Shown piece by piece: positions 1-10,485 of a DNA stretch of 64,000 nt. Below the pieces are notes generated by a model, which was not told the DNA's origin, did no database searches, and was given only the letters and a program-made list of their open reading frames with translations. The DNA comes from a virus. A program made the position numbers and the translations under genes. Location: the IMG/VR virus record IMGVR_UViG_3300032893_000017, positions 1-64,000 of that record; one strand, written 5' to 3'. Each line of letters opens with the position of its first letter. Position 1 is the first letter of the stretch.

Positions 1-767
1 ATTTCTTGTACTGAAGTGCTTGTTCCTGCAACAAGATATATGGCAGGTGTATTTACAGTTCTAATATCCTGAATTGATGCATTTGCCAATTTAGCAATAG
101 TAACACTCAAATTAGGATGATCTAGAGTTGCATTTGTTCTATGCTGTTGCAAAGAATTTATTATAATAACTGTATTTTGTTCTTGTGTCCATCCCGTGTT
201 ATTTTCTCCAAAAGCAGAAACAACATTGTAGATGTTTGCGTTTGCTATCCCTCCATTTACCGGTACAGCTATTTCACATAGTTTCAATTTTCCTGTGTCT
301 GCTAAAGGTGCGCTTCCACTTCCCTCTGCCCCCTGTTTTACTGTTATTGTCATATCTATTAAATATTCTACAGTTGTGCTCAAGGAAGATACTATTTGAG
401 AACCTGGATCTATAAAATACCTGCTCTGCGATGTCTGAGCTGTGTATGTAAAATCTGCTTGCAGTATATCTATTCTTATACTGGATACTGGCTGTGCAAT
501 CGCTATGGTTTGCATGGCGGGGTTTATTAATACAGTCCCATCCGTTTTTATTCCTAAGTGAGGATAAACTCTAACATTGTAGTCTGATCCTGTATTCTGG
601 GTTACTATATTTTGTCCTGCTGTTGTAGGTATAATGCTTGCTTGTGCATTTGCTATACAATGAGTAACAAGATCTTTCAATAATGTTTCATAAATGAATT
701 TCGATATATTGACCATATCAGAATCTGTTGCTTGCTGATATTGACTCACTTTAACTATTTTTGCCAT
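1..767 (-). CDS. tail fibre / baseplate-attached protein, N-terminal part (runs off left edge; not in ORF track)
   Basis: ATG at 767 overlaps the upstream TAA (TAATG) and follows GGAGG. My translation is MAKIVKVSQYQQATDSD...RIDILQADF...VKQGAEGSGSAP...LCEIAV, a typical fibre N-terminal anchor; it lies directly after the baseplate wedge genes. Confidence 0.7.
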   Translation of the reverse strand, partial: MAKIVKVSQYQQATDSDMVNISKFIYETLLKDLVTHCIANAQASIIPTTAGQNIVTQNTGSDYNVRVYPHLGIKTDGTVLINPAMQTIAIAQPVSSIRIDILQADFTYTAQTSQSRYFIDPGSQIVSSLSTTVEYLIDMTITVKQGAEGSGSAPLADTGKLKLCEIAVPVNGGIANANIYNVVSAFGENNTGWTQEQNTVIIINSLQQHRTNATLDHPNLSVTIAKLANASIQDIRTVNTPAIYLVAGTSTSVQE

Positions 768-2464
768 TAACTGCCTCCTAAGAAATCTCTAGTAATAATT
801 GGGCTGGATCCCATGTTTTCACCATTCCATCCAAAGTAAAATGTTCCAAAAAATGCAGACGTTAATTGATACTGTTCCAGTATTTCTATCCTGTATCTTA
901 CTCCTGCTACTCTAAAGTCATCACATATAGATACCATCTTGATATAGTTTTCTGATATTATTGTATCAACTAATATTCTAAAGAAAAAGGGTAATCCATT
1001 AGAAGCTCCACAAAAAGCTTCTTTAACAATATTAGAATTCATTTTATATATGTTTAAATAAGGTGACGAATCACTGCCTGCAATCAAGTAATTTCTGTTA
1101 TGCGAAAAAATAGCAATCTCACTAGCACCTAAAGGCAATACATCTGGATCACTCAATTGAGTATAGACTTCTCCACTTCTTTGCCAAGTATATACATAAG
1201 GTGAGTCATCATAGGATATTGCTAAAAATATCCCATCAGACGAATAGGAAGTATAATAAGAACCTGAGGTTGTTGGTAATCCTGTAATATCTGCTATCTT
1301 TGTAAAAGTATCATTTACTCTTCTATAAACTCTTAATGGAGTCGTAGTCTCGTTAGATGCTATTGCTAAATATCCACTGTCTGGTGTGAAGGAACATCCT
1401 TCTCCTGCTCCTGTTGGAAGAGATAATGGATCTGCCAGTTTTGTGAAAGTGTCACCTGTTCTTTTGTATATAACAAAATAAGGTGCTGAATTGCAAGTGA
1501 ATACTAAATAAGTTCCACTAGGATCAAAACAGCAATTGGTGCATCCTCCAGCTGGGAGACTTACTGGATTAGTAAGCAATGTAAATACATCCCCTACTCT
1601 TTTGTAAATAGCTACCTGAGGATTTGTTTCTAAAGCAAAAGCTAAATAAGTCCCATCTGGACTCCAAGCACATCTGTATGCTGAAGCTGGAAGGGTCAAG
1701 GGATTTATCATTGCTGTAAATACATCTTGATTTCTTTTATAAATAAAAACTTCTGGACTGTTTCCGTTGTTCACTAACACTAAATAACTATTGTCTGGTG
1801 AAAATTGACAATCATAAGAACTTCCAATAGTAGGAATGCTTGTTGGGTCTGCCAGTTTTGTGAAAGTGTCACCTGTTCTTTTATAGATAATCAATTGAGG
1901 ATTTCCTGTAGATACAACTGCCAAATAAGTGTCATCAGAACTAAAGGAACATCCTACTACTCCATTTGCAGGAACATCTATTGGGTCTGTTAATCTTGTA
2001 AAAGTAAAGTTTTGGAAATAAGTGATATTATCACAAAAGGTTACATCGCAAAATGCCCCATAATTTACTCCCTCTTGCAATCTTACATTTGTTCCCAGAT
2101 CCTTTATTGCTTCGTATATTATCAAAGGTGAACATTTTAAAGCAAATATCTGTAATATAATTCTAGCATAAAATTCATCGTCTGTTTCTCCTACTTGTCT
2201 TGTTATTCCATAAAAATTCTGTGCAATATAATCTAAGTAGGTGCTTTTTGTTTTGCTTAGATCTAGTTGATCTACCAGGAAACTAGCAAAATCCATTTCA
2301 TATTGAAGCAGATTTGAAATTGAACCTTTGTTGTAATCATTTATTTTTACCAGTCCGTCTACAATTACATCTATTTTGCTTTCATCTCCAATCAGATTTA
2401 AGTATTCCCCTTCTTCTCGATTGAAAATCTGTAAAAAATCATTTAACTTCTCGAGTGAGTTCAT
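767..2464 (-). CDS. baseplate wedge protein (P2 gpI-like) with inserted 7-bladed beta-propeller
   Basis: N-terminal LDYIAQNFYGITRQVGETDDEFYARI wedge motif; seven 45-48 aa repeats (FSPDxxYL...IYKR..D.FTKL.DP); follows baseplate J. Confidence 0.75.
   Translation of the reverse strand: MNSLEKLNDFLQIFNREEGEYLNLIGDESKIDVIVDGLVKINDYNKGSISNLLQYEMDFASFLVDQLDLSKTKSTYLDYIAQNFYGITRQVGETDDEFYARIILQIFALKCSPLIIYEAIKDLGTNVRLQEGVNYGAFCDVTFCDNITYFQNFTFTRLTDPIDVPANGVVGCSFSSDDTYLAVVSTGNPQLIIYKRTGDTFTKLADPTSIPTIGSSYDCQFSPDNSYLVLVNNGNSPEVFIYKRNQDVFTAMINPLTLPASAYRCAWSPDGTYLAFALETNPQVAIYKRVGDVFTLLTNPVSLPAGGCTNCCFDPSGTYLVFTCNSAPYFVIYKRTGDTFTKLADPLSLPTGAGEGCSFTPDSGYLAIASNETTTPLRVYRRVNDTFTKIADITGLPTTSGSYYTSYSSDGIFLAISYDDSPYVYTWQRSGEVYTQLSDPDVLPLGASEIAIFSHNRNYLIAGSDSSPYLNIYKMNSNIVKEAFCGASNGLPFFFRILVDTIISENYIKMVSICDDFRVAGVRYRIEILEQYQLTSAFFGTFYFGWNGENMGSSPIITRDFLGGS
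1431..1882. repeat. 35-nt identical direct repeat between two propeller blades (1431-1465 and 1848-1882)
   Basis: tctgccagttttgtgaaagtgtcacctgttctttt occurs twice, 417 nt (139 codons) apart. Confidence 0.9.
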
Positions 2465-3573
2465 ACTCTAGTGACTCCAATTGTTATACTGTTTGTTTTT
2501 GCTTCTTCGTTTGCTAATACTGAAACATTTCCAGTAGGTGTACTTACCTGGAAGTCATAAATATCTCTATGTGAATTCATTGCAACTGTGATTGCTTCAC
2601 TTAATATCCATTGCTTTCCTATCTTTAAGGAATTTGTATATGTCTGAATTGCTGATGATGCTAAGGAAATGTACTGTGCATCGGTTAATTGTCCTGAACT
2701 TAATATGTATAGTTGACCTGTAATATTTATTTGATGTACTGTTGGTGCTGTTACTACCAAGCTTATTCCTGCAGCTCTGTAACCTGGGTAATTTGCAAAA
2801 TCATTTTGATCTCCATTTATTATTTTTTCTATCAATGTTTGCTTGTCTGGAGGAAGTGTTCCTGTTCCATCATCTGCATATATTGTTATCCATCCATAAT
2901 CTGGAAGATTTTCTACCAATGAAACACTTTTTATTCCTTCTACAGAAAGAGCTGCGTATAATACTCCTTTTACTGTGCTTCTCGCTAATGAGTTGATAAA
3001 AAGTAGGAATCTTTGAGCCCTTGCTGCATCTGATTCCTCGTCTGTTCCATTTGTAAATGCAGTAACATTTGAACAAGATTCAACTCCAGCTGGTTGATTT
3101 ATAAAACTACCCTGTCCTACTAGAGTATCTATTGCTCCCATTGAAATATTACCTTGAGTTCCAACTATTGTGCATTGAGTTGCTATAGGTGCTGAGTCGG
3201 TTGCACCATTTAAAATAGAACCTACTGCAATTGTTTCAAACTTTATTCCATTCAATATTATTTGAGTTCCTATTGCTATTGGATAATCTTGTGTTGCTGC
3301 TGTTGATCTAGAGAATACTAAGTATCCAGATGCTTTTATTCCTGGGAGTCTTGCGAAGTTAAAACCAGCATATATGGCTATCGGTATTGCTTTCAGCAAT
3401 CCTTGATAAAAATCATTCTGAGTTTCTGATGACACAAGTGAAACACCTTCCAAAATAGTTGCTAGTCTGCTTCCTGTATTAAAATTATTAAGTGCTGAAT
3501 TATTTGCTACAAGATATCTCTTAAGAGCATCGAATATCTGATCATTAGTCTTAGGTTGATATATTGCTGACAT
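2461..3573 (-). CDS. baseplate J-like protein
   Basis: A.G.L.F.R, G..GNI and GTDEESDAARAQR motifs; 370 aa; position in baseplate module. Confidence 0.9.
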   Translation of the reverse strand: MSAIYQPKTNDQIFDALKRYLVANNSALNNFNTGSRLATILEGVSLVSSETQNDFYQGLLKAIPIAIYAGFNFARLPGIKASGYLVFSRSTAATQDYPIAIGTQIILNGIKFETIAVGSILNGATDSAPIATQCTIVGTQGNISMGAIDTLVGQGSFINQPAGVESCSNVTAFTNGTDEESDAARAQRFLLFINSLARSTVKGVLYAALSVEGIKSVSLVENLPDYGWITIYADDGTGTLPPDKQTLIEKIINGDQNDFANYPGYRAAGISLVVTAPTVHQINITGQLYILSSGQLTDAQYISLASSAIQTYTNSLKIGKQWILSEAITVAMNSHRDIYDFQVSTPTGNVSVLANEEAKTNSITIGVTRV

Positions 3574-3584
3574 TCTTTTCTCCT

Positions 3585-5411
3585 TTATGTTTGTATGCTT
3601 GCATTACTTAATAGATTTCCTACATCAAGCACGTTTTCACTTCCAGAATAAGGTTTATATCTTAAATTGATTTTTATTGTATCTCCTATTTTTGTTACAT
3701 CTTTCTTATTTATGTAGCAAAAATTAGTTCTTGGGTCTAATGATACCTGCTTTGTTACTGCATCTATTAATTTAGACAGAATTACTGCTGATGGAACATT
3801 ACCTATATAAAGATTGATACCCCATTCTGGATGCAGTGGATTAAGTGAATTTGTTTGATATATTATTCTATCGAAGATATTAGCTTCATAGCAATCTTGT
3901 CCATATACCATTCCAAAATCTCCTGTTCCATCTACAACAAATTCTCTATTTGAATCCAAGTCCAAATCACTTCCAAGAACTTGAAGCTGTCTTTCTTGTG
4001 GAGTAGATATTTCTAATCTTTTGGTATAGACTAGATTTTTTGTAAGTGTGGTATAATTGATAACTGTTTGCTGTGGTATCATTATATTCTGACCTACTAT
4101 AGCATCATTTATAAAACTTTCTGTAGTTAATCCATTTGCATCTAGGATTAAATTGTATTGTGAATAGTCTCCATAAAATTTCCTTGTTATCTTGGATAAT
4201 GTATCACCAGACTGGATTGTATAATATACTGAATCTTTATAGACATAACCCCTTTGTACTGTATCAGAAGCAACAAAGTTATTAGGTATATTCTTCTCAA
4301 ACTGTTCTGCTGTTAATACTAAATCTGAAACTGATATTTCTTTCTTCTGTAAGTTATTCACAAATTTATCTATTGCTATTACTAAGGATAAAGCTAAATT
4401 CATTCCAGATATTCCTGCTAGAACATTTATATAATTTTGGTTTGTGATTAAATAGTTTGGATCTTCCTCTCTGTATTTTGTTAATATGCTGTCTATACTC
4501 TCACTAATCTTATCTGAAAATATTACTTTTGTAATATTGTAAGCAATATTAACTAATTGATCTCTTGTATTAAGTGCATTGGTAATTATTTGAGTGTAGT
4601 CTGTTATAGTATTGTCTACCAAACTCTGTACTCCTGCTATCATGTCATTTGCAAAAGATACAACCTGATTCCAGTCATCTGATATTTCTGAAGGCAGACT
4701 GGATAACTGCTGACTTATTGCTATTACATTATAGAATTGATCTCTTGCTGCTGTTAATATGTCACTCAAAGATTCTTTCTTTAATACTCTTCCTAGTCCA
4801 AGAGAATAGATTCCTGAATATTCTCTTATTGTTTTCATTTCTATAGTATAGTTTATTGTCCATGGATCTGCTTTACTTCTTGACATTGTAAAGTTGGTGA
4901 ATATTACTTCGTAATGATTATTATCATCGTAGTCGTGATAGACTATACCTATATTTTCATAAGTTGCTTTTGAACTTCCTATCAAAGCCATCAAAGCATT
5001 TATTTCTGGAAATACTGATTTTAATTCTGAATGATTATCTGTTCCATTTGGATCTCTGAATCTTGAAACTATATATCTTAATTTAAAAAATTCATCTAAA
5101 CCAGATATGCCTGTATTGACTGGAATGTTTTCTGAATTGAATATATTTCCTACATAGTAAGAATATAAAGAACCTGTTAATTTTATTACCTTAATGTCAT
5201 TTCCAAAATCATCTACCCACGCATCGCTCATTGTCTTGGTAACAGTTGCTTTATATCCTTCTTGAATTGTATATTCTTCTGGTGGGAGTAAGAAAAATAA
5301 TTCTGTCAGCCATCCTCCAAGTTGACTTGTTTGAGGATTTCTGCTAAAGAATTCAAATGAAAAAATACCTGTGAAACTGAAAGCATCACTCAAAATATCC
5401 AAAAGATTCAT
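3585..5411 (-). CDS. baseplate protein: tube-initiator-like N-terminus + LysM + gp25-like C-terminus
   Basis: LysM YTIQSGDTLSKITRKFYG...ILDANGL; C-terminal GDFGMVYG...LHPEWG...DPR sheath-initiator-like motif. Confidence 0.7.
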   Translation of the reverse strand: MNLLDILSDAFSFTGIFSFEFFSRNPQTSQLGGWLTELFFLLPPEEYTIQEGYKATVTKTMSDAWVDDFGNDIKVIKLTGSLYSYYVGNIFNSENIPVNTGISGLDEFFKLRYIVSRFRDPNGTDNHSELKSVFPEINALMALIGSSKATYENIGIVYHDYDDNNHYEVIFTNFTMSRSKADPWTINYTIEMKTIREYSGIYSLGLGRVLKKESLSDILTAARDQFYNVIAISQQLSSLPSEISDDWNQVVSFANDMIAGVQSLVDNTITDYTQIITNALNTRDQLVNIAYNITKVIFSDKISESIDSILTKYREEDPNYLITNQNYINVLAGISGMNLALSLVIAIDKFVNNLQKKEISVSDLVLTAEQFEKNIPNNFVASDTVQRGYVYKDSVYYTIQSGDTLSKITRKFYGDYSQYNLILDANGLTTESFINDAIVGQNIMIPQQTVINYTTLTKNLVYTKRLEISTPQERQLQVLGSDLDLDSNREFVVDGTGDFGMVYGQDCYEANIFDRIIYQTNSLNPLHPEWGINLYIGNVPSAVILSKLIDAVTKQVSLDPRTNFCYINKKDVTKIGDTIKINLRYKPYSGSENVLDVGNLLSNASIQT

Positions 5412-5431
5412 TCTTGTTATTCCCCTTACAT

Positions 5432-5460
5432 ATTATATATAAAAAAAGCAATTTTGTAAA
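5432..5460 (-). promoter_or_regulatory. sigma70-like promoter TTTACA-N17-TATAAT
   Basis: Read directly upstream of the 5411 start; same class as the promoters at 24113 and 43427. Confidence 0.65.
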
Positions 5461-5467
5461 TTACTTC

Positions 5468-6400
5468 TTATCCTGTTTTTGCCTTCTGTGATTGTGAAGC
5501 AGATATATCCAATGTCATTGGGGTTGCCGGAGATCCGGATGTTCCTGAACCTGTTGTAACCCCCGTATGAGTATGAGCATTCAGTAAAGCCAAGAAGGTG
5601 CTCAATGCTGTATTTAATTCTGTATAAGTAACAAATGATTTATTGCTTCCATTTACATCTACTTCACCGTTTTTTATAGTTATATAATCTCCATTCTTTG
5701 CAGTCAATTTTATATTTTCTGTTCCTGGTGTGGAATCCATTTTTACAGTTTGACCTGCTTTGTCAATTAATTCTACATATTCCTCACTGTCTTTTGAGTG
5801 CATTATAAATTGCTGATTTTTCTTATCTACAATTGTTACATCTTCCCCTGTTATTGTTATTACCAAATTATTATCAACATCGGTTATTACTTTTTTTCGT
5901 AAACTGCCTTCATACTTTATTTCTAATCTAAGAGTATGATTGACAAAATTGTTTGGAGTCTCCTCTATTCTCTTTTGAGTTTCTATACTTCCATTTGCTC
6001 TCATTATTTGTCTTGTGCCTGAGTAGTGGTAGATTCCCAAATCGTCAACACTCTCAACAATATTATAGAACAATTGTTTGTATTGATCATCATTATCATA
6101 GTTATAAGGAAGAGGTATTGCTGCAACTGGATTCTCATGGTTAGCCTTTACAAAAAGAATTAGAATCATTTGTTTCTGTCTGGGTAAATTAAATAATCCA
6201 TGAGGAAACTTTGTTAAATAGTCCATTGTTCCTCCCCATAAAGGAACTTCGGTAAATTCTCCTGAAGGAAACAAAGTAATGTCGCAGTAGATTCTCAGAT
6301 CTGCTGGATTGTTTTTGCTTCCTATATATACATTATTTACTATTCCAATTCTTGCATCATATAGTTTATCTAAAGCATCTTCATTAGATTCTATATTCAT
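5468..6400 (-). CDS. baseplate central spike (gpV/gp5-like)
   Basis: OB-fold-like N-terminus, beta-repeat middle, C-terminal LNAHTHTGV metal-binding apex motif. Confidence 0.8.
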   Translation of the reverse strand: MNIESNEDALDKLYDARIGIVNNVYIGSKNNPADLRIYCDITLFPSGEFTEVPLWGGTMDYLTKFPHGLFNLPRQKQMILILFVKANHENPVAAIPLPYNYDNDDQYKQLFYNIVESVDDLGIYHYSGTRQIMRANGSIETQKRIEETPNNFVNHTLRLEIKYEGSLRKKVITDVDNNLVITITGEDVTIVDKKNQQFIMHSKDSEEYVELIDKAGQTVKMDSTPGTENIKLTAKNGDYITIKNGEVDVNGSNKSFVTYTELNTALSTFLALLNAHTHTGVTTGSGTSGSPATPMTLDISASQSQKAKTG

Positions 6401-6409
6401 AATTTCTCC

Positions 6410-7999
6410 TTATACACTCTCTATAACTCCAAATTCTTTTTTGGATACTCCTCTTTCTACTGTTGCAAGTGTTGTATAATTCTGTCCATATATCCATCTA
6501 TTAGTTACCCCTACAATATAGTAATATCCCTCATGATATGTTTCTTCTATTTCTCCAAAGTCTGTTCTTTCATATTTTAGAACATGACCAATTCTTATTG
6601 TTTCATCTCCTTTAAGAACTATAGATCCTCTAAGGAATCTATCTAAGTTTCTGTACCACATATAGGCTTTATTCTGGAATGCTTGACATACTTGTACCAT
6701 TCCTGCTTGATCTGTTTCTTGTGGAACATTAAAATTGATAGCATTAAGATTAAACTGCATTGGATTGTATCCATATTTTCTTAATGCTATATCATCATAC
6801 AAAGGAGGTATCATTGCTTTACCTTGCAGTGCTGTTACTACTCCACCAGAAGGCATCGCATAATAAGTAGAAGGCTTCATATTCCTTCCCATTCCTAAAT
6901 CTTTTTCTATCCAGTCATCGTCTGTAATAACATGACAAGTAAGTGGATTATCTATTAGATCATTCATAGAAACTAAAGAAGGAATATTATAAGGATCACT
7001 TATAACTTTTGTTGCTGTTGTAGAGGTGTTATCATTGTTCTTCATAGCGTCTGGAACTATTACATTAGAGTCCAGATTTCTATCATCAAAAGGTGTGGGT
7101 CTTAAAACTAAGTATACTTTTCCTTGAGCTAATTGTGCTACTGAGCCACTTGTTAATACATGAGTTGTATCTCCTGTATCAACAAATAATTCATTAAAAG
7201 GAGCATTCAAAAGATGTTTTAAATAATTGTACAGATCGCATTGAGTAGACAACATAGAAAACTGCATAAGAAAATTATCATTATTACAAGTATGAGAAAT
7301 TGCTCCCTTTCCTACCAAAGATACTCCAGTTGGAACTAATTGATCTGTTCCTTCACCTAATATAACTGTATAAGATGTATTTGTGTCTTGCAATGCAACA
7401 AACTTATCTTGAATCTTGCTTCCATCTGCAAATTGAAATGGCTTTACATTAAGACTAGCACTATTTTGATTTATTACACCTATTATCCAAACATTTATTA
7501 TCTTTTCCATTAGTTGAGCTGTAGTAAGGTTCATTAAAGTTCCAAATGAACTTAATCCAGCTAATATTGAATTTTGATAAGTTCTGTTTATATTCAAATT
7601 ATCATCATACCATATTTTGTGGTCTATAAGAATAGCTCCTAAATCTCTTCCAGTAATAACCCAATTTCTAGCAGGTTTTCCATCTTGCCCAATAGATACC
7701 TTTTTTCTCACATCATCTACCATTCCAAGCATTATTTCTTTATTATTGATGTAGATGTCTACAAGTCCTGCTGGTCTGAATATCTCATAAGCTGTTTTAT
7801 CTGGTTTTGGAATATTAAAAAGATATGAAAAGTCTTTTCTGCCTATCAAGGTTATAGTAAATGTTCCCGCTGGTTGATCTATTGTTTTTGTTGTCTCTAC
7901 TGCTAAGATATCTCCTCCAAATTCTGCAGATATTAATTCTATTCTGTCTCCCGAAACTGAAGTATATGTTACATTTATTCTAGGAGATCTAGTTCTCAT
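6410..7999 (-). CDS. baseplate hub protein (gp27-like)
   Basis: AGTFTITL, ITGRDLG, GSIVLKGDETIRIG, YYIVGVTNRW motifs; follows tape measure. Confidence 0.75.
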   Translation of the reverse strand: MRTRSPRINVTYTSVSGDRIELISAEFGGDILAVETTKTIDQPAGTFTITLIGRKDFSYLFNIPKPDKTAYEIFRPAGLVDIYINNKEIMLGMVDDVRKKVSIGQDGKPARNWVITGRDLGAILIDHKIWYDDNLNINRTYQNSILAGLSSFGTLMNLTTAQLMEKIINVWIIGVINQNSASLNVKPFQFADGSKIQDKFVALQDTNTSYTVILGEGTDQLVPTGVSLVGKGAISHTCNNDNFLMQFSMLSTQCDLYNYLKHLLNAPFNELFVDTGDTTHVLTSGSVAQLAQGKVYLVLRPTPFDDRNLDSNVIVPDAMKNNDNTSTTATKVISDPYNIPSLVSMNDLIDNPLTCHVITDDDWIEKDLGMGRNMKPSTYYAMPSGGVVTALQGKAMIPPLYDDIALRKYGYNPMQFNLNAINFNVPQETDQAGMVQVCQAFQNKAYMWYRNLDRFLRGSIVLKGDETIRIGHVLKYERTDFGEIEETYHEGYYYIVGVTNRWIYGQNYTTLATVERGVSKKEFGVIESV

Positions 8000-8008
8000 C
8001 TTCTATCC

Positions 8009-9748
8009 TTAATGTGATATCTTGTGTGAAGTAGTAGGCATTGATTTTGAAAGTCCTGTTAGTTTTCCAATCCAGTCTGAGATTCCTTTAATTGTATTTT
8101 CTAGTGCATTTCTGAATTCGTTTACTGCTGCCGCACAAAGTTTATTTGCATCTATAAGAGTATTTGCACTTTCTCTTACATCCTGGAATTGAGTGTAATA
8201 CATTGATTCTCTTTGTGTTTTTAATCTATCACTAATTTCTGCTCCAACGTATCCTTTCGTTCCAGTAACAGGTGCTCCTGTTTTTATATTTTCTGCTTCT
8301 TTTAATATCTGTCTTGGATCTGTAAACTTTTCAAAACCTGGAACAACTCTTTGCATCATCATTGCTGCATTTCTTGTTCCTTTACCCATTAACTGTTCTA
8401 CTGCATCTATTGTCATTTGCTGAGTTTCTAATAAATGATCATTTAATTCGTCTTGTACATCTGATAATCCAGCTCTCATTCCTTTTTTCTGCATTCCTCT
8501 TTGTACTGCTTGGAAGACAAAACTTTCTTTTGATCCACCTTCCATCATCGCAGCTTGTCCAGTTGTCTGCATTGCTGATTGTAGTATTTCTGGACCCATA
8601 GCTTTTAATCTTTCATCTGAAGTTTTCATTAAAGCACCCAGGGATTTATCTAAGTCATCAACTGATCTTTGACTTCCTTGCATAACTGCTTGAGTAAGTG
8701 CTTCTTGCATATCTCTTATAAATTCTTCTGATCTAGCTCCACCCATTCCTACATCTTTTGCTGTCTGCATTGTCTTCATTAAAGTTGATACACCGTTTTG
8801 TCCTTGTCCAAATCTTTGATAGTTTCCAGCCCACTCACCTAATTGTCCAGGTCCAAATCCATAAGCATTTTGTAACTGTGCTAATTGATTAACAATTCCT
8901 TCTGTTTGTTTTCTTCCTCCACCCGTTTGTTTAGCATAGGAACTCATCATCTCTACTTGCTGTGAACCTGTTAATCCATAATAGGCATTCCTTGCATCTA
9001 CAACATCCTGTCCTTTCTGATTCCTCATAAATCCTCTGTAAAAACCTGCTGGACCTGTTGTACTGCCAAATCCCATTTGTTGGATTCCCTGCATTTGTGC
9101 ATTACCTGCTGTTCTGAATGCTTCTGCCCTGGCTGATAGAATACCATAAACTGCACCTATAGTTGCCATTATAATTGCACCAGCAATTCCTGCTTTACCT
9201 AAAGCTCCTCCTCCACCACCTGTTTTTCCTGTACCTGAAACATCTTTCATTTCTTCTCTTAATTTATCCTGTGCAGTTAATCCAGTTCCTCCACCTTGTA
9301 TTTTTGCTCCTGTTATTTTTGAAACAGTTAATTCCGTTGCTGTAATGGTTCTGAATTTTGCTTGTCTGGATTGTCCTCTTATATCTGAAGATGATTCATC
9401 TCCAAAACCTGTTCCACTTTTTTCTTTTCTTCTTTGCTGGAGATCTTCTTTTAAGGATTTACCTTTTTCTTTCATTGCTTGCATTAAAGCAACATCTTCT
9501 CTATTTACAGATTCTAGAACATGAGTAACACCTTCTCCTACTCCTCGTCCTTTTTTAAACTTTTTAGATTCTGTGTTTAGTGTCTTGTAGTATTTTTCTA
9601 CATCTTTTGATGCTTTTCCAAAATCTGTTTTTGAAGACCCAGAAATATTCTTAAAGAAAGTTTTAAAGTTGTCTTTTGCTCGAGCAAGATTCTTTTTGGT
9701 TTCATCAATAATATTAATCTTGAATTTAAATTCATCCATATTAAACAT
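8009..9748 (-). CDS. tape measure protein
   Basis: G/A/Q/M-rich helical protein with a hydrophobic segment, between chaperones and hub. Confidence 0.7.
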   Translation of the reverse strand: MFNMDEFKFKINIIDETKKNLARAKDNFKTFFKNISGSSKTDFGKASKDVEKYYKTLNTESKKFKKGRGVGEGVTHVLESVNREDVALMQAMKEKGKSLKEDLQQRRKEKSGTGFGDESSSDIRGQSRQAKFRTITATELTVSKITGAKIQGGGTGLTAQDKLREEMKDVSGTGKTGGGGGALGKAGIAGAIIMATIGAVYGILSARAEAFRTAGNAQMQGIQQMGFGSTTGPAGFYRGFMRNQKGQDVVDARNAYYGLTGSQQVEMMSSYAKQTGGGRKQTEGIVNQLAQLQNAYGFGPGQLGEWAGNYQRFGQGQNGVSTLMKTMQTAKDVGMGGARSEEFIRDMQEALTQAVMQGSQRSVDDLDKSLGALMKTSDERLKAMGPEILQSAMQTTGQAAMMEGGSKESFVFQAVQRGMQKKGMRAGLSDVQDELNDHLLETQQMTIDAVEQLMGKGTRNAAMMMQRVVPGFEKFTDPRQILKEAENIKTGAPVTGTKGYVGAEISDRLKTQRESMYYTQFQDVRESANTLIDANKLCAAAVNEFRNALENTIKGISDWIGKLTGLSKSMPTTSHKISH

Positions 9749-10076
9749 TGTTGAATTTCCCCTTCTCTAATTTTTCTATCTCTGCTTTCTTTAAAGTTGC
9801 AGCATATTTTTTAATCTCTAGTTCTATTTGTTCATTTGACATATTCTGTTTCTTAAATACTGTTCTCATTGTTCTGATTCTATCTTTTGGAACTAGATCT
9901 AAAGGATTCTTTCCTTTTACTTCTTCTATCTGGGTATTTATTGTAATAATTCTTTTCATTACTGCCAAATCTGGCATATCATTCAAACCCAGAAATATTG
10001 CTTCTTTTTGTTCCTCTTCTAAATCCAAAAACCTTCTATCTGTAGGAAGGATATTGAATTTATCCATTATCCACAA
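9741..10076 (-). CDS. tail assembly chaperone, downstream part (probably reached by frameshift)
   Basis: The frame stays open upstream to the A9 run at 10121-10129; TTG start without a good RBS; directly before tape measure. Confidence 0.6.
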   Translation of the reverse strand: MWIMDKFNILPTDRRFLDLEEEQKEAIFLGLNDMPDLAVMKRIITINTQIEEVKGKNPLDLVPKDRIRTMRTVFKKQNMSNEQIELEIKKYAATLKKAEIEKLEKGKFNNV

Positions 10077-10092
10077 ATCCAGAAAGTTCTCT

Positions 10093-10464
10093 TCATCCTT
10101 CCATCTTTTTTGCGTTACTATTTTTTTTTAAATTTTCCTGAAATTGTCTTTCGGAATCTATGTAGAATTTATATAGTTCCCAAAGCAAGCCTTCATCGGG
10201 ACACTTATCAGCCCCATCCCACCAATCAGGCTTTGCTACTATAACAGCATTAAGAGTGATTATCATTGTAATATAATCATAATCTTCAGGCTTAAATGAA
10301 TTTACATCCATTCCACCTGTAGCTCTCGCTATCCTTGTTATAATTTGGGATTTTTCTATAGGTAGAGGTATCTTAACTGAAAAAGTATCCTCACCTTTTG
10401 TTGTTTGAAATTCTCTTTCTGCGTTTGTAATTATAAGTTTTCTAAATTTAATTGTCTCTTCCAT
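10093..10464 (-). CDS. tail assembly chaperone
   Basis: Small acidic protein (KPDWWD motif) between tube and tape measure. Confidence 0.7.
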   Translation of the reverse strand: MEETIKFRKLIITNAEREFQTTKGEDTFSVKIPLPIEKSQIITRIARATGGMDVNSFKPEDYDYITMIITLNAVIVAKPDWWDGADKCPDEGLLWELYKFYIDSERQFQENLKKNSNAKKMEG

Positions 10465-10485
10465 TTCATGCTCCTTGGTTTATTA

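Noticed and set aside
2870-3076. Minus-strand 68-aa ORF
   Set aside because: Out-of-frame, nested within baseplate J.
10121-10132. Canonical -1 frameshift at U UUA AAA
   Set aside because: The -1 frame meets UAG directly after the A run; only +1/-2 joins the next ORF.
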